Source: Bacteroidota bacterium (GTDB lineage Bacteria; Bacteroidota; Bacteroidia; Flavobacteriales; Flavobacteriaceae). Taken from it: DNA of 64,000 nucleotides. The notes under the pieces were generated by a model. The model did no database searches. It saw only the letters and a program-made list of their open reading frames with translations, and had not been told where the DNA came from. Positions 1 through 10,980 of this stretch are shown here, one piece after another (position 1 is the first letter of the stretch; each line of letters opens with the position of its first letter). The stretch covers positions 43,975 through 107,974 of the forward strand of contig JBNJHC010000008.1 of the NCBI GenBank assembly GCA_051748125.1, given 5' to 3'. The translations under genes were made by a program, and so were the position numbers.

Positions 1-2420
1 AACGAATTGAGTTAGCTGGTTTTCCTCATCATTCCCTTAATTCTTATTTGCCTAAATTGGTAAAAGCAGGCGAACGTGTTGCAATTTGCGATCAATTAGA
101 AGATCCAAAAGCGACCAAAAAAATCGTAAAAAGAGGCGTAACCGAATTAGTTACTCCGGGTGTTGCTTTAAATGATGAAGTCTTGCAAAGCAAATCGAAT
201 AATTTTTTGTGTGCGGTACATTTTGCTAAGAAAAATATGGGAGTAAGTTTTTTAGATATTTCCACGGGTGAGTTTTTAACTTCTCAGGGAAACCGTGATT
301 ATATCGATAAATTACTTCGGAATTTCAATCCCAGTGAAGTCTTAGTTCCCAAAAAATACAAATCAGATTTTGATCAACAATTCGGGAATGATTTTCATAC
401 CTACTATTTAGAAGATTGGCTTTTCAAAATAGATTATGCCAAAGAATCTTTGAACCAACATTTTGATACTACTTCACTCAAAGGATTTGGCGTAGAAGAT
501 TTAACCGAAGGATTGATTGCTGCGGGAGCAATTTTGTATTATTTGCAAGAAACCAGTCACGATAAACTCACCCACATTACCAATATTTCTAGGATTGCTG
601 AAGACCAATATGTGTGGATGGATCGCTTTACTATACGAAATTTGGAGTTGTACCATAAAAACTCTTCCGAAGCCGTAAGTTTGCTTGACATTATCGATAA
701 AACTATTTCCCCAATGGGAAGTCGATTGCTCAAGCGATGGTTGGCTTTGCCTTTAAAAAATAAAATTGAAATCGATAAGCGGCACAAAACGGTAGCTTAC
801 TTTTATCAGCAATTCGATTTGCAAGAAAAAATTCAGCTTCAATTGAAGCAAATTAGCGATTTGGAGCGGTTGATTTCTAAAGTAGCCACCCAAAAAATTA
901 GTCCGCGTGAGGTTAATCAACTTAGCAATTCGTTAGCAGCCATAGTTCCGATAAAGGAAATTTTGGCAGCATCCGAGAATGAAGAATTGCAAGTGCTAGC
1001 TGACAACATTAATTCTTGTGAACTATTGCAGGATAAAATTACTACTGCATTGCAAGATGAAGCACCCGTAAATGTGCAAAAAGGAAATGTTATTGCCGAC
1101 GGCTTTTCTGAGAGCTTAGACGAATTGCGAAAAATTGCATTTTCAGGAAAAGATTACTTAGATGAAATGCTGAAACGTGAAGCTGAAAAAACAGGAATAA
1201 CAAGTTTAAAAATTGGAAGCAATAATGTTTTTGGGTATTATATTGAAGTTAGAAATACGCACAAATCAAAAGTTCCTGAACATTGGGTTAGAAAGCAAAC
1301 CTTGGTTAGTGCCGAGCGCTACATTACAGAAGAGTTAAAGGAATACGAAGCAAAGATTTTAGGAGCTGAAGAAAAAATACTTCAGTTAGAGCAAGAACTC
1401 TTTACCGAACTGATAGTTTGGCTGATGGATTATATCAAAGTAGTGCAACAAAACGCTCATATAATTGCCAAAATAGATGTGTTCTGTAACTTCGCTCAAT
1501 TGGCACGAGAAGAAAATTATGTACAGCCTCAACTTACCGAAGAATTTGATATTCGCATAGAAGATGGTCGCCATCCTGTAATCGAAAAACAACTTCCGCC
1601 AGGTGAATCGTATATAGCAAATGATATTTATTTGGACCGAGAAAGCCAACAAATGATAATGATAACGGGACCGAATATGAGTGGTAAATCGGCTTTGTTG
1701 CGCCAAACGGCATTAATCGTTATTTTGGCACAAATCGGTTCGTTTGTACCGGCAAAAAGTGCCGAAATCGGATTGATCGACAAGGTTTTTACTAGGGTAG
1801 GAGCGAGCGATAATATTTCGCAAGGCGAATCTACTTTTATGGTAGAAATGAATGAGACAGCTAGTATTTTGAATAATATTTCAGATAGAAGTTTGGTTTT
1901 GTTGGATGAAATTGGTCGGGGTACCAGTACCTATGACGGAATTTCTATCGCTTGGGCAATTAGCGAATATTTACACGAGCATCCAGCTAAAGCCAAAACA
2001 CTTTTTGCTACGCATTACCACGAATTGAATGAGATGACGCAGCAATTTTCACGCATCAAGAACTTTAATGTTTCGGTAAAAGAACTGAAAGACAAAGTTT
2101 TGTTTTTACGAAAACTTGTTCCCGGTGGAAGTCACCATAGTTTTGGAATTCACGTAGCCAAAATGGCAGGAATGCCGCAATATGTTATTCAGCGTGCCAA
2201 CAAAATCCTTGAAAAACTTGAAAAATCGCATTCTTCTGATGAAATTTCAGATCAGATAAAAACGGCTTCCCCCGAACCACAGCTTAGTTTTTTTAACCTA
2301 GATGATCCTTTGCTAGAAAATATTCGCGATGAAATTATCGATTTGGATATTGATACCTTAACACCCGTTGAAGCTTTGATGAAACTGAACGAAATCAAAC
2401 GAATGTTGAAAAAAGACTAA
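1..2420 (+). CDS. mutS: DNA mismatch repair protein MutS (5' end outside window)
   Basis: MutS hallmarks in the ORF-track protein: Walker [25 protein letters not shown]. The frame stays open upstream of the listed TTG back to base 3 (..[17 protein letters not shown]..), so the gene enters from the left edge. Confidence 0.95.
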   Translation, partial: RIELAGFPHHSLNSYLPKLVKAGERVAICDQLEDPKATKKIVKRGVTELVTPGVALNDEVLQSKSNNFLCAVHFAKKNMGVSFLDISTGEFLTSQGNRDYIDKLLRNFNPSEVLVPKKYKSDFDQQFGNDFHTYYLEDWLFKIDYAKESLNQHFDTTSLKGFGVEDLTEGLIAAGAILYYLQETSHDKLTHITNISRIAEDQYVWMDRFTIRNLELYHKNSSEAVSLLDIIDKTISPMGSRLLKRWLALPLKNKIEIDKRHKTVAYFYQQFDLQEKIQLQLKQISDLERLISKVATQKISPREVNQLSNSLAAIVPIKEILAASENEELQVLADNINSCELLQDKITTALQDEAPVNVQKGNVIADGFSESLDELRKIAFSGKDYLDEMLKREAEKTGITSLKIGSNNVFGYYIEVRNTHKSKVPEHWVRKQTLVSAERYITEELKEYEAKILGAEEKILQLEQELFTELIVWLMDYIKVVQQNAHIIAKIDVFCNFAQLAREENYVQPQLTEEFDIRIEDGRHPVIEKQLPPGESYIANDIYLDRESQQMIMITGPNMSGKSALLRQTALIVILAQIGSFVPAKSAEIGLIDKVFTRVGASDNISQGESTFMVEMNETASILNNISDRSLVLLDEIGRGTSTYDGISIAWAISEYLHEHPAKAKTLFATHYHELNEMTQQFSRIKNFNVSVKELKDKVLFLRKLVPGGSHHSFGIHVAKMAGMPQYVIQRANKILEKLEKSHSSDEISDQIKTASPEPQLSFFNLDDPLLENIRDEIIDLDIDTLTPVEALMKLNEIKRMLKKD

Positions 2421-2496
2421 TTTTAAATACGAACCAGTGAAAAAGGATAGTTTTTCTGTAAACAACTAAAATTAATAGCAACTTACACCGATATCA

Positions 2497-2946
2497 ATGA
2501 AATTTAAACAAGAAGTTATCATCAATCAACCAATAGCAAAAGTCATTGAATTATTTGATGATCCAGATAAAATGGGAGATTGGATGGAAGGCTTGCAAGG
2601 TTTTGAACGCATAAGCGGAACTTCTGGTCAACAGGGAGCAAAATCAAAGTTGAAATTTAAGATGGGAAAACGCGAAATTGAAATGATAGAGACCATCACC
2701 ACTCGAAATTTACCAGATGAGTTCAGCGCGATGTATGAAGCAAAAGGTGTGGTTAATTATATCAGCAATCAGTTTGTTCCAATTTCAGAAATGCAAACGC
2801 AATATGTAGCTATAAATGAGTTTCAATTTAAAGGAATAATGAAGCTAGTAGCATTTTTGATGCCCGGAGCGTTTAAAAAACAGTCGCTAAAATACATGAA
2901 TGATTTTAAAAACTTTGCCGAGCAATTTGAAGAAGAATCCTTGTAA
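2497..2946 (+). CDS. SRPBCC (polyketide-cyclase/START-like) domain protein
   Basis: 149 aa. Size and N-terminal pattern (EVIINQPIAKVIELFDDPDKMGDWMEG) resemble SRPBCC-fold proteins. Recognised from memory only. Confidence 0.55.
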   Translation: MKFKQEVIINQPIAKVIELFDDPDKMGDWMEGLQGFERISGTSGQQGAKSKLKFKMGKREIEMIETITTRNLPDEFSAMYEAKGVVNYISNQFVPISEMQTQYVAINEFQFKGIMKLVAFLMPGAFKKQSLKYMNDFKNFAEQFEEESL

Positions 2947-3048
2947 TCACTAGAGTAAGTCATAAATGTCGTATAAATGTCGCCAACAAACCGTTACCTG
3001 TAAGCGGTATCCTTGCTTAGTTTTGTTGAAACTTTAAAAGAGAACTTA

Positions 3049-3615
3049 ATGATGCGTAATATTGGTTTTAAAATTAGACAAATACGAAAGCAAAAAGCTT
3101 GGACACAAGAAGACTTAGCAGAATTAGCTCAAGTGAACTTAAGAACAATTCAACGAATTGAAAACAGTGAAAATGAACCAAGTGGCAAAACTTTACAATT
3201 AATTTGCAGTGCTTTAGAGGTAAATATTGAAGAGGTTATGGATTTCGGTAAGGAAACCGATACTAGCTTTTTACTATTTTTCCATCTTTCAGTACTAAGC
3301 TTTATTCTTATTCCTCTAGGAAATGTAATTCTTCCACTTATTTTATGGATCAATAACAAAAATAAGATTAAAGAATTGAATAAGTTAGGAGTAAATATTT
3401 TGAATTTTCAAATTATTTGGTCAATTCTGGTTTTTATATCAATTATAGGTTTTGCCTATTCAAAAATAATGCATTATGCTTACACAAATCACTTTCTTGG
3501 TATATGGCTAGGTTTAGTAGTTCTGAATATTTTATTACCCATCTATTATGCTTTTAGCACCAAGAAACAGCAAAAGCCCGCCTTTTATCCGAATTTAATT
3601 AAGTTGTTGGAGTAA
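3049..3615 (+). CDS. XRE-family helix-turn-helix protein fused to a multi-pass membrane domain
   Basis: N-terminal HTH signature (IRQIRKQKAWTQEDLAELAQVNLRTIQRIENSENEPS) followed by several hydrophobic segments. ATG at 3049 preferred over the listed TTG at 3013. Confidence 0.6.
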   Translation: MMRNIGFKIRQIRKQKAWTQEDLAELAQVNLRTIQRIENSENEPSGKTLQLICSALEVNIEEVMDFGKETDTSFLLFFHLSVLSFILIPLGNVILPLILWINNKNKIKELNKLGVNILNFQIIWSILVFISIIGFAYSKIMHYAYTNHFLGIWLGLVVLNILLPIYYAFSTKKQQKPAFYPNLIKLLE

Positions 3616-3848
3616 GTTTTTAGAAAGAAGGCCTTATATTGAAAAGCCTGACTGATAGAAGGATTCTATAATAAAAGCCTGAAAAATCATTAAATTTCAT
3701 TAGTTTTTGTTAATTTAGACTTCCTTTTAAACCAATTTATTATTCAATGGCTATTAACAAATATTCTTATGCAAAAATTCCATCCATACATTGGTTATTG
3801 CTGATTTTGATTGATGGGCGGTAATCAAGTTTTAAAAAATAATTCAAG

Positions 3849-4850
3849 ATGAACGAGCAAAATATTATAATTTACAATACAGCTGATGGAAAATCTGCAG
3901 TTAGTCTTTTAGCAAAAGACGGTAAAATTTGGATGAACCAGAATGAACTCGCTGAGCTTTTTGACACCTCAAAACAAAACATCGGGCAACATATATCTAA
4001 GATCTTAAAAGATAATGAGTTAAAGGAAGAGGCAGTTGTAAAGTATTACTTTACAACTGCCTCTGACGGTAAAAATTATAAAGTCGCTTTTTATAGTTTA
4101 GACATGATTTTAGCTATTGGTTTTAGAGTGAGAAGTAAAAGAGGTACGCAGTTTCGAATGTGGGCTAATCAAAACCTTAAAGAATACATGGTTAAAGGTT
4201 TTGTTATGGATGATGAACGTTTGAAGAACCCCGATGGAAGACCTGATTATTTTGATGAATTATTGGAACGTATTCGTGAAATTCGAGCTTCAGAAAAACG
4301 CTTTTATCAAAAAGTCCGTGATTTATTGGCATTGAGTAGCGATTACGATTCAACAGATAAAGCAACTCAAATGTTTTTTGCAGAAACTCAAAACAAATTA
4401 TTGTTTGCAGTAACTCAAAATACAGCCACTGAAATTATTGTAAATCGAGCCGATGCAAATCAACCTAATATGGCATTAACCTCTTGGGAAGGTGATAAGG
4501 TAAGAAAACAAGATATTGTTATTGCGAAAAACTATTTAACAAAAGACGAAATAGACACATTGAGTAGGTTAACAGTCATATTTTTAGAAACAGCTGAGCT
4601 TAGAGTTAAAGAGAGGAAGGACATTACACTTTCTTTTTGGAGAAAAAATGTCGATAAAGTATTAGAGTTTAATGATAAAGAAATTCTACAGAATTCAGGC
4701 TCTGTTTCTCATAAACAGATGGAAGAAAAAGTAAAGTCTGTTTATGGAACATTTGATGAAAGGAGAAAAAAAGCTGAAGCACAGGAAGCAGATCTAGAAG
4801 ATTTGAAATTGTTGGAATCTAAAATTAAGAAGAATAAAAATAATAATTAA
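3849..4850 (+). CDS. rhuM: RhuM-family virulence/Fic-associated protein
   Basis: Conserved RhuM-type N-terminus (IIIYNTADGKSAVSLLAKDGKIWMNQNELAELFDTSKQNIGQHI) and central FRVRSKRGTQFRMWANQ block. Confidence 0.75.
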   Translation: MNEQNIIIYNTADGKSAVSLLAKDGKIWMNQNELAELFDTSKQNIGQHISKILKDNELKEEAVVKYYFTTASDGKNYKVAFYSLDMILAIGFRVRSKRGTQFRMWANQNLKEYMVKGFVMDDERLKNPDGRPDYFDELLERIREIRASEKRFYQKVRDLLALSSDYDSTDKATQMFFAETQNKLLFAVTQNTATEIIVNRADANQPNMALTSWEGDKVRKQDIVIAKNYLTKDEIDTLSRLTVIFLETAELRVKERKDITLSFWRKNVDKVLEFNDKEILQNSGSVSHKQMEEKVKSVYGTFDERRKKAEAQEADLEDLKLLESKIKKNKNNN

Positions 4851-5002
4851 CAAAAGGAATTGATTGCTAAAGAAATCTTGAATTCAACACATAAATGCAA
4901 CTTTTAAATTTGAAATCTTTAATTAATTTTTCAAAAACCAAATAAAATAAACATCAATAACCGCCATCTAACTCCCTATCAACGACTTTTTAAAAGCCAA
5001 AA

Positions 5003-5100
5003 ATGTTATAATACAGTCGATGGAAATCTGTAGTTAGGCTTTTAGCTAAAGATGGTGAAATTTGGATGAACCAGAATAAACTTGCTGAGCTTTTTGACAA
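5003..5100 (+). pseudogene. Degenerate duplicate of the rhuM 5' end
   Basis: About 100 bp aligns by eye with 3864-3965 (..tggaaatctgtagttaggcttttagctaaagatggtgaaatttggatgaaccagaataaacttgctgagctttttgaca..), with substitutions and an early stop. Confidence 0.6.
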
Positions 5101-5118
5101 CTTAAAAAATCTATAAAA

Positions 5119-5156
5119 CAAAAAACCACATTTTTACAAATGTGGTTTTTTGTTTT
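5119..5156. terminator. Bidirectional rho-independent-type hairpin
   Basis: aaaaaaccacattt-ttac-aaatgtggtttttt stem-loop flanked by A and T runs. It lies directly 3' of the minus-strand tRNA. Confidence 0.5.
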
Positions 5157-5159
5157 TCG

Positions 5160-5233
5160 TGACCGCGGGAGGATTCGAACCCCCAACCCTCAGAGCCGAA
5201 ATCTGATATTCTATCCAGTTGAACTACGCGGCC
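5160..5233 (-). tRNA. tRNA-Arg (anticodon UCG)
   Basis: Cloverleaf read by eye on the minus strand. Acceptor GGCCGCG/CGCGGTC; D arm GTTC..GAAT; anticodon stem TCAGA/TCTGA with loop TTTCGGC; T arm GGGGG-TTCGAAT-CCTCC. CCA is not encoded. Confidence 0.85.
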
Positions 5234-5242
5234 TTTATAATT

Positions 5243-5689
5243 TTAAGAAAGCAACTTTTTTACGACGACAGAAATAGTTTTTCCATCAGCTTTACCAGCT
5301 AAATCCTTAGAAGCAGTTCCCATTACTTTACCCATATCTTTCATAGAAGTAGCGCCCGTATCAGCTATAATTTTATTAACAGCAGCTTCAATCTCTGATT
5401 CGCTCATTTGTTCAGGAAGAAAATCTTCAATGATTTTGGCTTCGTTGCGTTCTGTTTCTGCCAAATCTTCACGACCTTGCTCTTCATAAAGTTGAGCCGA
5501 GTCTTTTCGCTGCTTTACTAATTTCTGAACGAGTTTTAATTCTTCTGCTTCTGACATTTCTGAAGCACCAGCACTGGTTTTAGCTTTTAAAATTTCACTT
5601 TTTATCGATCGTAATGAAGCTAAAGCAACGCTGTCTTTTGCTTTCATCGCTTCCTTCATTTTGGTCATTACTTCTTTTTCCAGTGACAT
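5243..5689 (-). CDS. GatB/YqeY domain-containing protein
   Basis: 148 aa with the typical YqeY pattern (MKEAMKAKD..LRSIKSEILKA..LVKQRKDSAQLYEEQGREDLAE..E..IIEDFLP). Confidence 0.85.
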   Translation of the reverse strand: MSLEKEVMTKMKEAMKAKDSVALASLRSIKSEILKAKTSAGASEMSEAEELKLVQKLVKQRKDSAQLYEEQGREDLAETERNEAKIIEDFLPEQMSESEIEAAVNKIIADTGATSMKDMGKVMGTASKDLAGKADGKTISVVVKKLLS

Positions 5690-5774
5690 AGCTTATTTTT
5701 TGCGCAAATATACTAATCTATTTCAAATTATATCTCGTTACAATTGACTTCTGTAAAAATTTCTATGCAATCTT

Positions 5775-7544
5775 TTACATGCGTTCGGGTACATTAATTC
5801 CCAATAAACCAAAAGCTTTTTTGATGGTTTTACCAACCGATTCAGCTAGTTGAACTCTAAATTTGATTTGCGTTTCATCATCGGCTCCCAAAATACTTAC
5901 ATTTTGATAAAAGGAATTGAATTCTTTTACTAAATCATACGTATAATTTGCAATAATCGCCGGGCTGTGCTGAGCTGCTGCTTGCTGAATTATTTCTGGA
6001 TAAAGTGCTAATTGCTTGATGACTGATTTTTCCTTTTCAACTAAAGAATAAGTAGTGATTACTTTCTGATAATCGTTTGGTGCTTTGCGTAAAATCGATT
6101 GAATTCTAGCATAGGTATATTGTATAAACGGCCCTGTATTCCCTTGAAAATCGACTGATTCTTCTGGGTTGAATAAAATTCGTTTACGCGGATCTACTTT
6201 TAAAATGTAGTATTTTAAAGCTCCTAAACCAATGGTTTTATACAAGGCTTCTTTTTCAGCTGGTGTATAGCCATCGAGTTTTCCCAAATCTTCAGAAATT
6301 TCTTTTGCGGTAGTTGTCATTTCTTGCATCAAATCGTCTGCATCGACAACAGTACCTTCGCGACTTTTCATTTTTCCACTAGGTAAATCGACCATACCAT
6401 AACTTAAGTGAAAGAGTTTGTCGGCCCAAGAATAACCGAGTTTTTTTAAGATTAAAAACAGCACCTTAAAATGATAATCTTGTTCGTTACCAACGGTGTA
6501 AACCATTCCGTCCATCGCAAAATCTTCAACACGTTGAATAGCCGTGCCGATATCTTGCGTCATATACACAGCGGTTCCGTCGGCTCTTAAGACCAATTTT
6601 TCGTCTAAACCTTCATCGCTTAGATCAATCCAAACACTGCCATCTTCTTTTTTGAAGAAAACCCCTTCAGCTAAACCTTTTACAATAACGTCTTTGCCGA
6701 GTAAATAAGTGTCGCTTTCATAGTAATTTTTGTCAAAATCAACGCCTAAATCAGCATAGGTTTGTTCAAATCCATCGTACACCCACTGATTCATTTTTTT
6801 CCATAGCGCAACGGTTTCGCTATCGCCTTCTTCCCATTTTTTGAGCATTTTTTGTGCTTCGAGTAGGAGTGGAGCTTGTTTTTTTGCAACTTCTTCTTCC
6901 GTTCCGTTGCTTACCAATTCAGCGATTTCTTTTTTGTATTCCTGATCAAATTTCACATAATACTTCCCTACTAACTGGTCGCCTTTAAAACCACTGGATT
7001 CGGGTGTTTCTCCTTCTCCAAATTTTTGCCACGCCAGCATCGATTTACAGATATGAATACCACGATCGTTGATGATTTGGGTTTTGTAGACTTTTTTTCC
7101 GCTGGCTTTTAAAATTTCAGCAACAGAATAGCCTAATAAATTATTTCTAACATGGCCTAAGTGAAGTGGTTTGTTTGTGTTCGGAGATGAATATTCAACC
7201 ACAATGGTTTCCTCAGTTTCGTTGGAATGACCAAAATTGGCATTTTGTTGTAAATTGTTGAAGTTTTCAACAAAGTATGCATCGCTTAAAACCAAGTTTA
7301 AAAATCCTTTTACCACGTTATATGCTTCAATTTCTTGCGTGGTTTCCACCAAGTATTTTCCTATGGCACTACCGAGTTCTACAGGATTGGTTTTTACAGA
7401 TTTCAGCAATGGGAATACAACTAATGTCAAATCGCCTTCAAACTCTTTTCGAGTAGATTGAAATTCAAATTCACGTAGCTGGACGCTGAATTTTTCTTGT
7501 AAAAAATCACTTATATGGTCGGTAAGTAAATCCGTTATCTGCAT
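5775..7544 (-). CDS. argS: Arginine--tRNA ligase
   Basis: 589 aa. Class I HIGH region (SSPNTNKPLHLGHVRN), a KMSK-like MKSREG motif, and the characteristic C-terminal ..VPERM end. Confidence 0.95.
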   Translation of the reverse strand: MQITDLLTDHISDFLQEKFSVQLREFEFQSTRKEFEGDLTLVVFPLLKSVKTNPVELGSAIGKYLVETTQEIEAYNVVKGFLNLVLSDAYFVENFNNLQQNANFGHSNETEETIVVEYSSPNTNKPLHLGHVRNNLLGYSVAEILKASGKKVYKTQIINDRGIHICKSMLAWQKFGEGETPESSGFKGDQLVGKYYVKFDQEYKKEIAELVSNGTEEEVAKKQAPLLLEAQKMLKKWEEGDSETVALWKKMNQWVYDGFEQTYADLGVDFDKNYYESDTYLLGKDVIVKGLAEGVFFKKEDGSVWIDLSDEGLDEKLVLRADGTAVYMTQDIGTAIQRVEDFAMDGMVYTVGNEQDYHFKVLFLILKKLGYSWADKLFHLSYGMVDLPSGKMKSREGTVVDADDLMQEMTTTAKEISEDLGKLDGYTPAEKEALYKTIGLGALKYYILKVDPRKRILFNPEESVDFQGNTGPFIQYTYARIQSILRKAPNDYQKVITTYSLVEKEKSVIKQLALYPEIIQQAAAQHSPAIIANYTYDLVKEFNSFYQNVSILGADDETQIKFRVQLAESVGKTIKKAFGLLGINVPERM

Positions 7545-7634
7545 GCTAAAAATTTTTCAAATGCAAAGATAATCCAAAATTTAGAAGACAATCCCATATT
7601 TGGCTATAGAATTGCGTACTTTTAAAATAAAAAA

Positions 7635-8057
7635 ATGCTTCATAACGTTTCGTATAATCGTCCTAAAATAAAAGCTGAAATTGATGCTGAAGTCGGTCGT
7701 GCTTTTAATTGGATCGATCGTTTCAAAATGAAAGGAATTGGTTCGGGTAGACTGCAAATTCATTCGTGTAGTATTCAAATTCATAATTTATTGGTGCTGG
7801 ATAATAATGCCAATGTCTGCGGAATTGAACTGCGTCCTAACGGAATTATTTTGAGCTTTCGATCGCTTTTGGAGACTTATGCCTTGGTGATTCCACTTTG
7901 GAAATTGAAAATTTATAAAGGACAAGCTGAAGTTTATTCGGTTTATCGCGATAATTATTTTGTCAAAATCAAAGCAACCGAAAAACGACATCATCAGTTT
8001 ATGCAGAAAATAATTCAATATAAAGCTGAAAATTATGATGCGGGGCAATTGCGTTGA
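7635..8057 (+). CDS. Hypothetical protein
   Basis: 140-aa ORF that fills the argS-SDR gap. Overlapping minus-strand ORFs are shorter and low-complexity. No recognisable domain. Confidence 0.4.
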   Translation: MLHNVSYNRPKIKAEIDAEVGRAFNWIDRFKMKGIGSGRLQIHSCSIQIHNLLVLDNNANVCGIELRPNGIILSFRSLLETYALVIPLWKLKIYKGQAEVYSVYRDNYFVKIKATEKRHHQFMQKIIQYKAENYDAGQLR

Positions 8058-8322
8058 TTTTTGGTGAAAAATTTAAAAATAATAGGTGGTTTTTTTGGTA
8101 TATTTGAGTTTGTATTGCCCATCAATTTTTATTCAATTTAAGCTTTAAGAGAATGTAATTTTTTAACAAGCTATGCTTAACTTCATACTTTAGCCATACT
8201 TAAGCTATGGAGAAGCACTACTTAATACTTAGCTAAAACTGGGCTTGATTTTATTGATTTAACTCATTTCAAAAATTGATTTTAACTGAATTAACTAACG
8301 AGAAGCTAATTAAAACAAAAAC

Positions 8323-9747
8323 ATGAAAATTTTACTTACTGGTGCCAACGGTTATATTGGTATGCGCTTGCTTCCAGCTTTATTGGACCAAGGTCACGAA
8401 GTGATTTGTGCCGTGAGGAGTATCAATCGTTTTTCGGTAGACGAAGCGACTAAATCGGCTATAGAATGTGTGGAAATCGATTTTTTAGAACCCGTTGAAA
8501 ATTCGCCTATTCCTGCTGATATTGATGCTGCTTTTTATTTAATTCACTCCATGTCGGGTTCTACCGATGATTTTGACGAGTTAGAACGCACCACAGCCGA
8601 ACATTTCAATCAGCATTTGGCACACACACAAGTGAAGCAAGTAATTTATTTAAGCGGAATTGTAAATGAAAAAGAACTTTCTAAACATTTGCAATCGCGC
8701 AAGCAGGTGGAAGATATTTTGTATCAAGGTAATTTTAATTTAACGGTTTTACGAGCAGGAATTATTGTCGGGTCGGGAAGTGCTTCATTTGAAATTATTC
8801 GGGATTTATGTGAGAAACTTCCGCTTATGATTACGCCCAAATGGGTAAATACCAAATGCCAGCCCGTTGCCATTCGCGATGTGCTCAAGTTTTTAATCGG
8901 TGTCTTAGGAAATCAAGCTTGTTATGACCAATCTTTTGATATTGCTGGCCCCGATGTGTTAACCTACAAGCAAATGATGAAAATCTATGCGCAAGAAAGA
9001 AAATTGAGTTTGCATATTATCGATGTTCCTGTAATGACACCAAAATTGTCTTCGTATTGGCTGTATTTTGTAACGGCGACTTCGTATAAATTAGCACAAA
9101 ACTTAGTCGATAGTATGCGTGTTGAAGTGATTGCAAAAGAGGAGCGTTTAAAAGAAATTCTTCAGTTAGAAACATTGAGCTACCGAGAGGCAATTCAATT
9201 AGCTTTTGCAAAAATTGAACAAAATCAAGTTTTATCGAGTTGGAAAGATTCAAAAGTAAGTAGTCGATTTTCGGAACGCGATTTAAACAATTTTATTCAA
9301 GTGCCGCAATATGGTTGTATGGTAGATGCGCAAAAGATGAGAGCAACAGATGTTGAAAAATCCTTGGCTAAAATTTGGGCGATTGGTGGCGATAATGGCT
9401 GGTATTATGCTGATATTTTATGGAAAATCAGGGGTTTTTTAGACAAATTGGTCGGTGGGGTTGGTTTACGCCGCGGTCGAACCAATAGCAACAGCATCAA
9501 CCCAGGAGATTCCTTAGATTTTTGGCGTGTCTTGCTAGCTGACAAATCAAATAAACGCTTGTTGTTGTTTGCTGAAATGAAAGTTCCGGGAGAAGCTTGG
9601 CTGGAATTTTTAATCGATGATGAAGGAGTGATTCACCAAACCGCTACTTTTCGACCAAAAGGTTTGCGAGGTCGCTTGTACTGGATGCTGATGCTGCCTT
9701 TTCATTATTTTATTTTTAGGGGAATGTTGAAGCGAATAGCTAAATAA
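8323..9747 (+). CDS. NAD(P)-binding SDR/NmrA-like protein with a C-terminal DUF2867-like domain
   Basis: N-terminal Rossmann motif (ILLTGANGYIGMRL). The long C-terminal extension ending in hydrophobic segments is typical of SDR+DUF2867 fusions; this assignment is from memory. Confidence 0.7.
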   Translation: MKILLTGANGYIGMRLLPALLDQGHEVICAVRSINRFSVDEATKSAIECVEIDFLEPVENSPIPADIDAAFYLIHSMSGSTDDFDELERTTAEHFNQHLAHTQVKQVIYLSGIVNEKELSKHLQSRKQVEDILYQGNFNLTVLRAGIIVGSGSASFEIIRDLCEKLPLMITPKWVNTKCQPVAIRDVLKFLIGVLGNQACYDQSFDIAGPDVLTYKQMMKIYAQERKLSLHIIDVPVMTPKLSSYWLYFVTATSYKLAQNLVDSMRVEVIAKEERLKEILQLETLSYREAIQLAFAKIEQNQVLSSWKDSKVSSRFSERDLNNFIQVPQYGCMVDAQKMRATDVEKSLAKIWAIGGDNGWYYADILWKIRGFLDKLVGGVGLRRGRTNSNSINPGDSLDFWRVLLADKSNKRLLLFAEMKVPGEAWLEFLIDDEGVIHQTATFRPKGLRGRLYWMLMLPFHYFIFRGMLKRIAK

Positions 9748-10107
9748 TTCTGTTAACTGTTGTTTTCGACTCCGCTCGAACTTAAAACAAGTAAATTGGT
9801 AAAACCCCGTAGACTGAATAACTCGATGGTAATCGAATTGTATCGAAGTCTAAGAGAAATTTGAATCGATAATTTTGAATTGGAAGAGTCAAGGAGTTGA
9901 AGGTTAAAGGGGTTTTTGCTCTATTAAACTCTCAATGTCGATTGAAATTAGCGGAATTCTTTTTTTTGTTGCCCATATGGCGTGAACCCATGTTTTGTTG
10001 AATGAATGCAGTATAGTCTCACGTTTTTTTAGACGAGGATTTAATTCATGAGCTAAAATTCAATAACCTAGCTTTTAGTTAATGACCACAAATGTACTTA
10101 CGAGCAC

Positions 10108-10596
10108 TTATCCATTAATGATCCAGTAGTTGATTTGTTTTTTCTTGCTTTCTTTCATTTTTTTGTAAAAATGTGAAATGATTTTTTCTTTTAAAGGATG
10201 GTTTCGTTCTAGGCAATCCTTTCCTTTGGAATCAATAACTTTTAAACACGCAAAATATTCTTTTCTGGTCTCTGTTCCATCAGCAATAACTGTAAATGTT
10301 TCATTATTGTCAAAAAGTGTAATGTCTTTCCAGATTTTTCTTTTAGTGAATGGCATATACAACGAATTTTTTTGCTCATCCCAAAACCCAAAATCAAGGT
10401 ACATTAATTTCATGGTGTCATATGCAGATTCAATATCATAAAACCTTAATTCATTATGATTAGTAGTATCTGTGGTTGAACTCTTTGTATTTTCAAAAAT
10501 CTCTAAATCTTCATAATTGGTTTTAATCGTAATATCTTTTGAAGAAGAACAAGAAGTTAAATTAAGTACCAACAAAATGATAAAAAGTCTTTTCAT
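10108..10596 (-). CDS. Putative lipoprotein, unknown function
   Basis: Internal Met gives MKRLFIILLVLNLTSCSS, a signal peptide plus lipobox Cys. The listed upstream extension is unlikely. Confidence 0.55.
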   Translation of the reverse strand: MKRLFIILLVLNLTSCSSSKDITIKTNYEDLEIFENTKSSTTDTTNHNELRFYDIESAYDTMKLMYLDFGFWDEQKNSLYMPFTKRKIWKDITLFDNNETFTVIADGTETRKEYFACLKVIDSKGKDCLERNHPLKEKIISHFYKKMKESKKKQINYWIING

Positions 10597-10980
10597 AAAT
10601 ATTATTTTTTTAGTTGCGAATCTTGTAAATGATTTGTAATAAACAAAAAATGCAATCAATTTTTATTGTATGAAATTGATTTTATAAAGATACACAAAAT
10701 TACAATTCAGTCAACTGGATAGAGTTTTGAAGTATAAATTTTGAATTGATAATTTTGAAATGTCTTGTCGCTCTGTAGAACTTCAATTCTATTTGCCTTT
10801 GTTGAAATCACCAATCCATCGCTTTTAATTATTATTTGCGAAAAACCAAATGAAAACTTTTTCTGTTTCAATCGAAAAACTATATTTGTCATTCACAATA
10901 TATTGTTAATCTTGGTTAGGTCGTTTGGAGTGAAAAGAGAAGTAAGCTCCTACTACACCTAATAAAGTAGAATAAAATCG

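Noticed and set aside
5160-7544. Regulatory link (T-box or attenuator) between tRNA-Arg and argS
   Set aside because: The two are separated by the gatB/yqeY-domain gene, and no specifier or antiterminator structure is evident upstream of argS. The synteny is noted only as a curiosity.
7581-8048. Minus-strand ORFs 7581-7784 and 7788-8048 as alternatives to the plus-strand 7635-8057 ORF
   Set aside because: They are shorter, split in two, and rich in I/F/N runs. The plus-strand ORF is continuous, but it is itself only a low-confidence call.
10707-10962. Small ORFs 10707-10892 and 10765-10962 upstream of wza
   Set aside because: They overlap each other on opposite strands in a region that carries the TGAATTG/TAATTTTG word array. 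This is more likely the wza promoter/leader region.
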